Shown piece after piece: positions 1-9,510 of a stretch of DNA of 22,372 bases (positions within the stretch are counted from its first letter, which is position 1; the number at the start of each line of letters is the position of its first letter). Under the pieces are notes generated by a model. The model saw only the letters and a list, made by a program, of their open reading frames with translations. It had not been told where the DNA came from and searched no databases. The translations under genes and the position numbers were made by a program. The stretch spans positions 1 to 22,372 of the forward strand of contig NW_021836940.1 in the NCBI RefSeq assembly GCF_006345805.1, read 5' to 3'. This stretch comes from Octopus sinensis. Its lineage: Eukaryota.

Positions 1-50
1 ATATGTGTGTGGTGCGTGCGTGCATGTGTACGTGCGAGTATGTATATATA

Positions 51-109
<59 letters not shown>

Positions 110-123
110 TAATTATATATACA

Positions 124-310
124 TATATATTGGCAGGGCTGGACTGCTAGGTAGTCGGCCGTATGCTAATTTTCATCTGTCCTGCCCGCCAAATTTGTTC
201 TGGTGTTCGCTGAATTTTTCCTCTGCAGAGTTTCCTTTGTAGTTTGATCGTTGATGATCTGTTTCTAGCATACGGCCGACTACCTAGCAGTCCAGCCCTG
301 CCAATATATA
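124..310. mobile_element. MITE-like foldback element with 38-bp perfect TIRs (45 bp including TA-rich ends)
   Basis: 131-168 TGGCAGGGCTGGACTGCTAGGTAGTCGGCCGTATGCTA is the exact reverse complement of 266-303. Pairing extends to 124/310 through TATATAT. The 97-bp interior is non-coding. Confidence 0.75.
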
Positions 311-455
311 CATATATTAGAATTTTCTCTGACTTCTCAGATTTTTTGTATGCTAGACTACTGGTTTTAAATTGATATTAAAATTAATATTAATTTATCT
401 CCCTCATTATTTAAATTATATATATATATAGGTATAAAAATTATATATAAAAAAA

Positions 456-715
456 GGAACAAGAACGTGAAATACACAAAGAGACGAACACAAAAAACGG
501 ACGGGTCATTCGAAACCTTTAATCTTCAGTCAGAAACCGGATCATCATAGCAAATTTTGGCTGATTAATCCTGATATTGCTCCGACACGGCCAGCCCCAA
601 TGAAAAACTAAGCTGCGAGCTTTAGATTTCTTGGAAAAAGGATCGAATGTAAACGAAACAAGGACAGAAAAACGGACGAAGCCACACGAATATAAATACA
701 AAAAAACAAAAACAA
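456..715. repeat. Interspersed repeat, copy 1 (inverse orientation to 8785-9043)
   Basis: The reverse complement aligns with 8785-9043, e.g. CGGACGGGTCATTCGAAACCTTTAATCTTCAGTC here vs GACTGAAGATTAAAGGCTTCGAATGTCCCGCCCG there, plus the GGCTGATTAATC and TTTAGATT(T)CTT(T)GGAA blocks. Family not identified. Confidence 0.8.
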
Positions 716-794
716 AAACAATGATGGTAATAACAGGATAACAGCAGGTGTCTTACGACTTTAGACAAATTTAACTTATCTATATATAGTAGAT

Positions 795-1080
795 GCTATC
801 AGATGTTGCTACGCATCGCTGGTCACAATGCGCTTTGCGTTGTTTTAGCCTTCAAATGACGCCACCCCGCTGGCTAAGCGAGCAAGCCAACAGAAGAAAG
901 AGTGAGAGAAAATTGCGGCGAAAGAGTACAGCAGGAATACCCACCCCAACCCCCCTGCCGGAGCGTCTTGGAGCTTTAGGTGTTTTCGTTCAATAAACAC
1001 TCACAACGCCCGATCTGGTAATCGAAACCGCGATCCTACGATCGCGAGTCCGCTGCCCTAACAACTGGGCCATTGCGCCT

Positions 1081-1083
<3 letters not shown>
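795..1083 (-). mobile_element. tRNA-derived SINE (family C), with pol III head
   Basis: The - strand begins TGGAGGCGCAATGGCCCAGTTGTTAGGGCAGCGG. A-box-like at 1057-1072; B-box-like GGTTTCGATTACC at 1017-1029. Body is shared with 7641-7880. Confidence 0.85.
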
Positions 1084-1130
<47 letters not shown>

Positions 1131-1223
1131 CCACACGTCTACATACAAATACGTTTATGTATGTATATATCTGTACATACGTATATACATAATGATATAC
1201 GCATACATATTATATACATATAT

Positions 1224-2662
1224 GCCCCCCTAGTGGCATCTCTTCCCTCCCACATCCACGATACCAACCATGCTCTTCCGGCTTTTCAACTCTTTCCCTT
1301 TCCTTTCCTCCCGGCTCCTCCAAAATCTTTTTACTATGGACATCCAAAGCCTCTATACTGTTATCCCTCACCACGAAGGACTGCAGGCCCTTCGACACTT
1401 TCTTGACCTCCGCTCTAACCTGTACCTGACACCTCCACACTCATTCGTCTGGCCGAACTTGTCCTTACTCTGAACTGCTTCTCGTTCGCGGGCGAGTTCT
1501 ACCATCAGGTCTCGGGAGTGGCCATGGGAACGCGAATGGGCCCAACTATGCGAACCTGTTCGTTGGCTATGTTGAGGCCCAAATATTCTCTAATTTCACT
1601 GGTCCCACTCCTGAACTATATGGTCGTTATATTGACGACATTATCGGTGCCACCTCACTCTCCCGCGAACATCTAGATTCCTTACTCTCTTTCGTCCAAT
1701 CTTTCCATCCAGCCCTCCACTTCACTTCCACTATCTCCAACACCTCTGTCTCCTCCTCGACATTTCGGTTAGCATTCTTCACTCCACTCTTACCACCTCC
1801 ATTCACTACAAACACACAGACTCACACTCATACCTCAACTTCTCTTCCTCCCACCCAGACCACACCAAGCTTTCCATCCCCTATTCCCAATTCCTCCGTC
1901 TACGTAGGCTCTGTAGTGACGACCATGACTTTGAGACTCAGTCTCAACGTATGGCTCACCACTTCACCCTACGTGGATACCCCCTCACCCTATCCACACC
2001 ACCGCCCTTGCCAGAGCACGGTCCGTGGACCGTGTATCTGCTCTCTCTCCCCGAACCGCCTGTAGTCTCCCGCCTCCCTTTTCCCCTCACTTACCACCCC
2101 CACGACCCTACGTCTCCAACGCCCATTCTTCGAGCTTTCCGTCATCTCCAGTCGACCCGTCCACTTCACACCTCTTCCCTAACCGACCCCTCCCCTCTTC
2201 AAACGAGCCCACAACCTCGAGACCTTTTGGTCCATAGCTCCTTCCCTGACCCTACCTCCCAACCCGGCTCGTTCCCTGCTCCCGCCCACGTTGCCGCACT
2301 TGCCCTTACCTCTCCAACACCACCCGTCTCACTAGCACCCACCATCGAACCTATCCCATCATCCACTCCTTCACCTGCACCTCCAGCATATTATCTATTG
2401 CATCTCTTGCTCTCTCTGCAATTCCTTGTACATCGGACAAACGGGACGGCGCTTGGCTGACCGGTTCGCGGAACACCTTCGTGAATCCACCTTGCGAACG
2501 ACACACCGGTCTCACGCCATTTCCGCTCCACCGGTCACTCCTTGCAACACCTATCTGTGTTCGGTTTGGTCCTTACACAGAGGCCATCCGGATTCCCGTT
2601 TGCGCCGTGAACAGGAATTAATCTTCTCTCTCTCGCTCTTATACGCCTTTGGTCTCAACTCT
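1224..2662 (+). pseudogene. Penelope-like retroelement ORF remnant: RT + thumb + Cys-rich linker + GIY-YIG endonuclease, 5'-truncated and frameshifted
   Basis: Frame-joined translation gives LPSHIHDTNH; LFTMDIQSLYTVIPHHEGL (TMD 1333-1341); QVSGVAMGTRMG; YIDD (1628-1639); YKHTDSHSYL..SSHP..K.SIPYSQFLRLRRLCS; CSRPRCRTC (2277-2303); FTCTSS.IIYCISCSLC..LYIGQTGRRLADRFAEHLR (IY 2393-2398, YIG 2429-2437); and REQELIF...GLN ending at 2659. These are established PLE RT/EN motifs. The Cys-rich linker suggests a Neptune-like clade (inference). Confidence 0.95.
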
Positions 2663-2990
2663 CCCCCCTCCTCATCTAACCCCCCTCTCCCCCCTCCTCA
2701 CCTATCCTTTCTCCCCCGACCCCTACTTCTCAGTCCTTCATCCTTTCACCCCACTACTCCCCTTCCTTCTTCCCTCTTTCTCCCTCCTCTTCCCCCTTCC
2801 CTCTGCTCCCTCCTCCCTCTCTCCCCTTCTCTCTCTCCCCCTCTCCCTCTTTCCTCCTCATCCCCCTCCTCACATTCCTTCTCCCCCATCGTCCTCTCCC
2901 CCTCTCCTCCTCTTCTCCCCCTCCCTTCCTCCCCCTCCCTCTCTCCTTCTCTCCCCTCCTCTTCTCCTCCCCTCTCTTCCTCCTCACTAC
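2663..2990 (+). repeat. Polypyrimidine (C/T) low-complexity tract
   Basis: Almost exclusively C and T on the + strand. It generates the Pro/Ser/Leu-rich and Arg/Gly/Glu-rich spurious ORFs. Confidence 0.95.
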
Positions 2991-2999
2991 ACCACATGA

Positions 3000-3370
3000 C
3001 TTTACACATCACACATCACATATGATGTGCCATACTAATACACACACCAACTAATACATACTAATACGTACTAATACATACTAGTACATACTAATAATAC
3101 TTACACCAACCCTATACATACACACGTCCAGACCCCGCATACGCACTTATACTCTCTTCACACACACCACACACCTATACATACCAATACGTACTAATAC
3201 ATACTAATACATACTAAACATACACCACCCCATACATACGCACGTCCAGACCAATCTTACGCACTAATACTCTCTCATACACACACACACCACACACACA
3301 ACACCCTATACATACTAATACATACACCAACCCTATACATACACACATCCAGACCCCTCCACGCGCACTT
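3000..3370 (+). repeat. CATACTAATA-based minisatellite with a ~103-118-bp higher-order unit
   Basis: Repeated CATACTAATA, plus the anchor CAC(G/A)TCCAGACC at 3123, 3241 and 3344. Confidence 0.8.
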
Positions 3371-3464
3371 TTAGCTGGTCACTCAACCCGTTTATCACCC
3401 TATTATCTCCCCTTATTTCGCTCTCGCGTCTCATGTTTGATCTTTGACTCTGGCCGAAATCAGA

Positions 3465-3674
3465 TCGCCATGTTGATTCGTTAGCTACTGCACGCATTTT
3501 TTTTCTCTCCTTCTTTCTGTTTTGTTCTCTCTCTCTGTATCTTTCTGTTGAAGAGCGTAGGCTCGAAACGTTAAAGACTTGTTTTATTTATATTTCCTGA
3601 GCGCCATACTAATACAATTGTTCGTTTGTCTTCCACCTGCCTTCGTCTTTTGTTTATTTTCATAAAGCTTCCCG
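3465..3674 (+). mobile_element. Probable PLE terminal (pseudo-LTR) segment carrying a hammerhead-like motif
   Basis: Homologous to 6432-6617 (TCGCCATG..TCGTTAGC.ACTGCA; GAAGAGCGTAGGCTCGAAACGT; ATACTAATACA; CACCTG.CTTCGTCTTTTGTT). Lies downstream of the PLE ORF in the same orientation. Confidence 0.65.
3540..3577 (+). ncRNA. Minimal type-I hammerhead ribozyme-like motif (variant core)
   Basis: Stem I TCTTT(3540-44)/AAAGA(3573-77); core CTGTTGA (A6 replaced by U); extra A; stem II GAGC-GTAG-GCTC; GAAA; palindromic ACGT helix III; GUU cleavage triplet at 3570-72. Confidence 0.55.
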
Positions 3675-3675
3675 T

Positions 3676-3722
<47 letters not shown>

Positions 3723-4033
3723 ATGTATATAACATATATGCACACTCATATTATACATATATACGTACGTAAAACACCAGTATCTGTGGAGTCTTCAAGC
3801 GGACTGTTAATATGAGGGGAAAAAGCCTTTTCTGAATAATATTATGCGGAATTGCATGATTAAATTTGAAATAAAGCAAAAGCTTGCATAAAATGCTCTC
3901 GAGATTTTTTAATGTTTTTTAATCTATTTTTATATTTATTTACTTCCTCTTACGAAGGTTTTTAAAATTTCTTGCCTGCGGTGATCATGTACAGCATTAT
4001 TTCATTCTTTCTATACATATTAATACACATATA

Positions 4034-4193
4034 CGACAGGCTTTTTTTCAGTTTCCTTCTACAGGTCCACTGAAAAGGCATTGATCGCTCTGGAACTCAA
4101 GCAGAAAACACTTGTCCAGAATATCATGCAGTCGTACTCAACCCAGAACCGTCTGGTTGGGAAATAAACTTCTTACACGCAGCCACCCCTGCC
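4034..4193 (-). mobile_element. tRNA-derived SINE (family A) 5' module, degenerate
   Basis: The reverse complement (GGCAGGGGTGGCTGCGTGTAAGAAG...GACAAGTGTTTTC...GCCTGTCG) aligns with 7146-7308. Confidence 0.7.
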
Positions 4194-4271
4194 GTGCGTA
4201 CGCACACCCACACGCGCACACACACACATACACACATACACATAAACACACATATATATATCTATCTATTA

Positions 4272-4590
4272 TCTATTATATAAAATCCGTTCTGTCTGTG
4301 TGTGTGTGTGTGTCTATTCTAGGATCTGGTACCATCCTCCATCCGATTGCGCTCAAATTTGATATGTAGATACCGACGGTATCAGGGCTTGAATAAGTCT
4401 TGAAAAAATTGCAAAAATCGATTCCAGGTGAGAAGGCGATCGATAAAGTGTATAAAATCGTTTTTCTTTGGAATAGAAAAAAATCTATCTTTATTTCTTC
4501 TTTTGCTGGTGTCTCAAATTTAGGTTAAATCAGTGTTTTTCAAAGGGGAAGCCTATGGGACGGTCGGACAAGTTATTTTGAGAAAATTTG
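4272..4590 (+). mobile_element. Possible non-autonomous Helitron 5' portion
   Basis: TC start, TATTATATAAAATCCG, TCTG/TG microsatellite, then CCGATTGCGCTCAAATTTG. This resembles the 5' layout of invertebrate non-autonomous Helitrons (from memory). No 3' hairpin-CTRR end was found. Confidence 0.4.
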
Positions 4591-4989
4591 GTTTAAATGT
4601 TTGACAACTCAGCACCTTCCATTGGACGGGGGGCGTTTTGCTCGTATATATATATATATATATACATGATTTTGATTTTGATTTTTCCAGTTTCAGCTAA
4701 TGAGCTGTGGCCATGCTGGGGCACCGATATATATAATAAATAAACATATGCATATATACATACGTATATGTACGTACCTACATCTATATGTATACATACA
4801 TGCATATATAGGTACAGGACACACAAAAAAAAAACGTCGAACACAATGAGAAACGAAAACATAAAAACAGAACCATGGAAACAGACATTTTTTTAAACAA
4901 CGAAAAAACAGGGTACAAGACATATGATGCAAGGAAAATTCCCCTTCTTCAGCCGCCTCCGTTTCGTCTACTCCGCGTTATACGTTCTG

Positions 4990-5395
4990 CCGTTACGTTC
5001 TGAGTTCAAATTTCGCCGAGGTCGACTTTGCCTTTCATCCTTTCGTGGTCGATAAAATAAGTACCTATTTCTTTACTAGCCACAAGGGGCTAAACACAGA
5101 GAGGACAAACAAGGACAGACAAACTGATTAAGTCGATTATATCGACCCCAATGCATAGCTGGTACTTAATTTATCGACCCCGAAAGGATGAAAGGCAAAG
5201 TCGACCTCGGCGGAATTTGAACTCAGAACGTAACGACAGATGAAATACGGCTACGCATTTAGCCCGGCGTGCTAACGATTCTGCCAGCTCACCACCCTAA
5301 TTAATAATAATAAATTAAGTACCAGTTACGCACTGGGGTCGATGTAATCGACTTAATCCGTTTGTGTTTAGCCCCTTGTGGGTAGTAAAGAAATA
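4990..5395 (+). mobile_element. SINE family B copy split by a nested inverted copy (5' part 4990-5065, 3' part 5311-5395)
   Basis: The two parts match consecutive halves of the intact copy at 5405-5635. The break point is duplicated (TAAAATAAGTACC 5053-5065 / TAAATTAAGTACC 5311-5323). Confidence 0.8.
5066..5298 (-). mobile_element. SINE family B, full-length, inverted
   Basis: Reverse complement of 5405-5635 over its whole length, from AGGGTGGTGAGCTGGCAGAATCGTTAGCACG to GGCTAGTAAAGAAATA. Confidence 0.9.
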
Positions 5396-5404
5396 TATAT
5401 ATAC

Positions 5405-5635
5405 GGCGGCGAGCTGGCAGAAACGTTAGCACGCTGGGCGAAATGCGTAGCTGTATTTCGTCTGTCGTCACGTTCCGAGTTCAAATTCCGCCGAGGTCGA
5501 CTTTGCCTTTCATCCTTTCGGGGTCGATAAATCAAGTACCAGTTACGCACTGGGGTCTATGTAATCGACTTAATCCGTTTGTCTGTCCTTGTTTGTCCCC
5601 TCTGTGTTTAGCCCCTTGTGGTTAGTAAAGAAATA
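5405..5635 (+). mobile_element. tRNA-derived SINE family B, full-length
   Basis: Head GGCGGCGAGCTGGCAGAAACGTTAG (A-box-like); B-box GTTCAAATTCC at 5479-5489; ends GTAAAGAAATA. Confidence 0.9.
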
Positions 5636-6195
5636 TATATACGGTGTTCATAACGCGAAAAATTATAATCTCAATAACAATAATTTCTCATCTCACTGAC
5701 GTAGTACAAAAATTTCAAAAAACAACGTCGTGTTTTCTAATATTAAAGGCTCGGCCTTTCATTTGTGATTCTAAACGATTTATGTTCTGTGAGACACAGG
5801 CTAAGTTTTTACACTTTTGAAGCTGTAATGTTGTACGTACAAAAATACAATGTCTTAGAACTTGGTGCCAGAGATATTTCAAATGAGAAGAGGATCATGA
5901 TTAATCAAAACTAATGAAATTATTCCTATTTTTCTTCTCCCCATTCCACTCGGTCCTCCTTCCTCTCTTCCCACCAAGAATATACATACACATACATGTA
6001 TATCTACATAATACGTACACGCGCACGCATACTTTATATGTATGTAATACATCTATACGCATACGCATATCTTTATTTTTCATGCGTATAAATATCCACA
6101 CACACACACACGCATATATACATATATAAATATTAAAGTTGGCTTATTCGCAATTTACAATCGAAGGGCAGATGTATAGACGTTGCTGAAGGGAC

Positions 6196-6359
6196 TAAGG
6201 GTACAAGTTAGCACCAACACTGCTAGAAATAAGAGTCAAAACAACTCTTAGCCACGAGAAAGCACTTATCTTATCCTTGTAAGTCATAAGTGCTTTTTTG
6301 CGGCTAAGAGGTGTTTTGACTCTTATTTCTAGCCGTGCTGGTGCTAACAAGCACCCTTA
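6196..6359. mobile_element. TA-flanked palindromic MITE-like element
   Basis: Arms 6207-6269 and 6286-6348 are inverted repeats (57/63 matching). Outer TAAGGGT(6196-6202)/ACCCTTA(6353-6359) also pair. Confidence 0.75.
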
Positions 6360-6378
6360 CTCACTTTAATATCTACAT

Positions 6379-6431
<53 letters not shown>

Positions 6432-6433
<2 letters not shown>

Positions 6434-6617
6434 GCCATGATAGATCGTTAGCCACTGCATACAATTATTTCTCTCCTTATTTTTCTGTGGCCTTTTCTGT
6501 AGAAGAGCGTAGGCTCGAAACGTAAAAGACTTTCTATTCCTGACCATTATACTAATACATCTGTTTGTTTTGTACACCACCTGTCTTCGTCTTTTGTTTT
6601 TTTCCGTAAACTCTCCC
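6432..6617 (+). mobile_element. Solo short copy of the PLE-terminal repeat with hammerhead-like motif
   Basis: Homologous to 3465-3674 and bounded by TA microsatellites. Confidence 0.65.
6493..6528 (+). ncRNA. Minimal hammerhead-like motif, copy 2
   Basis: CTGTAGA(6497-6503)-A-GAGC-GTAG-GCTC-GAAA-CGT-A. Weak stem I TTTT/AAAG (3 WC + 1 G.U). Same A6-to-U change as 3545-3551. Confidence 0.45.
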
Positions 6618-7145
6618 TATATATATATATATATTATATATATAATATATATATATATACGTATATATATATATATATGTGTGTGATACGTTATATATAT
6701 ATATATACACGTATATATAGATATAGATAAATATGTATATATATGCATATATACATATACATATATATATATATTATATACACGCGCACACATACACTAT
6801 GCATTTATTTTTGTGTATTCATAAATATACACACAAACATTTTAAACTTCATATCAGCTTGTATATGTGTGTGTTTGTGAGTATGCGTCTGTATCTGTAT
6901 CTGTATCTGCAATTTAAACGAATAAAAGACGGCATCAGTCTCGAACTCCCTCCATCACCAACGGCCAATCATATGGGACTGACCTTTGGAAAAAAGGTGA
7001 TTACACTGACGGTGCTCCAACATGGCCAGAGCCTTTGGGCTGAAAACGTATAGAAGAAACATAAGAAATAAGGTAATATGCTCACCACACACACACACAC
7101 ACGCACACAAACAGACACTCTCACATTTAAATATATATATATATA

Positions 7146-7310
7146 GGTGCAGGAGTGGCTGTGTGGTAAGTAGGTTGCTAACCAACCACATGGTTCCGGG
7201 TTCAGTCCCACTGCGTGGCATCTTGGGCAAGTGTCTTCTGCTATAGCCCCAGGCCGACCAATGCCTTGTGAGTGGATTTGGTAGACGGAAATTGAAAGAA
7301 GCCTGTCGCA

Positions 7311-7347
<37 letters not shown>

Positions 7348-7571
7348 GTGTGTGTGTGTGTGCGTGTGTGTTTGTGTGTCTGTGTTTGTCCCCCTAGCAT
7401 TGCTTGACAACCGATGCTGGTGTGTTTACGTCCCCGTAACTTAGCGGTTCGGCAAAAGAGACCGATAGAATAACTACTGGGCTTACAAAGAATAAATTCC
7501 GGGGTCGATTTGCTCGACTAAAGGCGGTGCTCCAGCATGGCCGCAGTCAAATGACTGAAACACGTAAAAGA

Positions 7572-7575
<4 letters not shown>
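7146..7575 (+). mobile_element. tRNA-derived SINE family A, near full-length (5' module 7146-7308, TA/TG microsatellite, 3' module 7380-7575)
   Basis: A-box TGGCTGTGTGG 7156-7166; B-box GGTTCAGTCCC 7199-7209; TTGGGCAAGTGTCTT body. The 3' module ends GGTGCTCCAGCATGGCCGCAGTCAAATGACTGAAAC, followed by a GA tail. Confidence 0.9.
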
Positions 7576-7610
<35 letters not shown>

Positions 7611-7611
<1 letters not shown>

Positions 7612-7880
7612 ATCACCGTGAAATCACCGTGACCGACCAGGCTATCAGATGTTGCTACACATCGCTGGTCACAATGCGCTTTGCATTGTTTTAGCCCTCA
7701 AATGACGCCATCCCGCTGGCTAAGCGAGCAGGCCAACAGAAGAAAGAGTGAAAGAAAGTTGTGGCGAAAGGGTATACCAGGGATCGTCACCACCCCCTGC
7801 CGGAGCCTTGTGGAGCTTTAGGTGTTTTCGCTCAATAAACACTCACAACGCCCGCTCTGGGAATCGAAACCGCGATCCTA
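7611..7880 (-). mobile_element. SINE family C, 5'-truncated copy
   Basis: 7641-7880 aligns colinearly with 795-1039 and stops just past the B-box. Confidence 0.85.
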
Positions 7881-8616
7881 TAAATACGCATTTATATGCG
7901 TATTTGTGTATGATATTAACAATTCTCAGAGAGACAGTCTATACGCCATTGGCAGTCGCACAGAGTGAGTTGGTTCTATTTGGGAATATCCGTTGGTGTA
8001 CAGGCGTGTATGTCTGGAACTATATATGCATATGTATATATGTGTGCGCTAGCGTGTGTCTATATGTATGTGTGTACGTATAAAATTAATGTATGTATAT
8101 ATATATATGTATGTGTTAGTGTACATGTCTATATAATTATGTGTTGAGGTAAAGGGATTAGTTTTATGTATAAAAATAAGATTAAAAATTCATTCTATTG
8201 GCTTCAATGATGTCGACATAACTATGTGAGGTTGATGGAGGTCAGAAATGTGATATTTACGTACATTATGCATAAGAATAACATTCTCTGTGTTTGTGTA
8301 TGTGTGTGTGTGTGTGTTTGTGAGCATATGTGTGTGTATGTGTGCGTGCGCATGCGTGAGTTTCGTTACGAATATTTGCAATATATATTTAACATAAGTC
8401 TTCATACAATCATAAAGTCTTTCGTTATATCAATGCAACTTTCTGTCTCACTCTCTCTTGCTCTGCCGCTCTTTCTCTCTCTCTCTCTCTATGTCTTTCT
8501 CTCTGTCTTTCTCTCTCTCTGTCTTTCTCTCTCTCTGTCTTTCTCTCTCACTGTCTTTTTCATGCTTTCTGTTTGTATGTATATACACACACATATACAC
8601 ACACACATATGATACA

Positions 8617-8739
8617 GTAAGAAGCTTGCTTCCAAATCAGATGGTTCCAGTTTCAGAACCACAGCGAAGCACCTTGGGAAAATGTCTTCTACAGTAGCCT
8701 CAGGCCGATTAAAGCCTTATGAGTGGATTTAGCCCGTTG
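8617..8739 (+). mobile_element. SINE family A 5' module, degenerate
   Basis: GTAAGAAGCTTGCTTCC...CACCTTGGGAAAATGTCTTCTAC.GTAGCCTCAGGCCGA..AAAGCCTTATGAGTGGATTT aligns with 7167-7280. Confidence 0.75.
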
Positions 8740-8784
8740 TATATATGGATATATATATATATGACTGTCCGACTACTGGTCTTT

Positions 8785-9043
8785 TGTTTTTACATTTTTG
8801 TATTCATATTCGTATAACATCGTCCGTTTTTCCGTCCTTGTTTTGTATGCATTCGAAGCTTTCTTCCAAAGAATCTAATGCGCTTAGCTTAGTTTTTCCT
8901 TAGGGCTGGCCAGACTGGAGCAATCTCAAGATTAATCAGCCGAAATTGCGAGTATGGTCCGGTTCTTGACTGAAGATTAAAGGCTTCGAATGTCCCGCCC
9001 GTGCTTTTTGTATCGTCTTCTAAATGTTTTGCGTTCTTGTCCC
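8785..9043. repeat. Interspersed repeat, copy 2 (inverse of 456-715)
   Basis: See 456-715. Confidence 0.8.
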
Positions 9044-9081
9044 AGTTTTTATATATGTGTGTGTGTATGTAGGTATATAAA

Positions 9082-9084
<3 letters not shown>

Positions 9085-9172
<88 letters not shown>

Positions 9173-9221
9173 CTACCTATATATATGTATATATATATAT
9201 GTGTGTGTGTATGTATGTATG

Positions 9222-9250
<29 letters not shown>
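9085..9250. repeat. (TATC)n then (TG)n/(TATG)n microsatellites
   Basis: Direct reading. Confidence 0.95.
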
Positions 9251-9252
<2 letters not shown>

Positions 9253-9311
9253 TGTATGTAACGTGTTTGTGTGTGTGTATACATATATATGCATGTGTAT
9301 GTGTGTCTTTG

Positions 9312-9510
9312 TTTCTGTGTTTATCCCCTGCATCCGATTGAAGACCGGTGATGGTGTGTTTACTTCTCCTTTAGCTAGTAGCATTTCGACAAATGATACC
9401 GCTATAATAATTACCGTGCTTTAAAAAGACAAAAAACAAAAAACAAAAAATAGTACTGGAATCGCTTCTTTTGACTAAAACTCTTCAAGGTGTTGCTCCA
9501 GCATGACTGT
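9312..9510 (+). mobile_element. SINE family A 3' module, degenerate
   Basis: ACCGGTGATGGTGTGTTTAC...TAGTACTGGAATCG...GACTAAAACTCTTCAAGGTGTTGCTCCAGCATG resembles 7380-7540. Confidence 0.6.

Noticed and set aside
2649-3025. Pro/Ser-rich and Arg/Gly/Glu-rich ORFs on both strands
   Set aside because: Produced by the C/T low-complexity tract. PLE homology ends at about 2662.
4925-4970. - strand CTGAAGA followed by an AAGG/CCTT stem (hammerhead-like)
   Set aside because: The stem is followed by GCAT rather than GAAA, and there is no helix III or cleavage triplet.
7882-7905. Perfect 10-bp hairpin AAATACGCAT-TTAT-ATGCGTATTT
   Set aside because: Short and composed of the TA/CG-alternating motifs common in local microsatellites; expected by chance here.
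8965-9000. CTGAAGA...CGAATGTC in the unclassified repeat as a hammerhead
   Set aside because: No convincing stem II or stem I can be formed.
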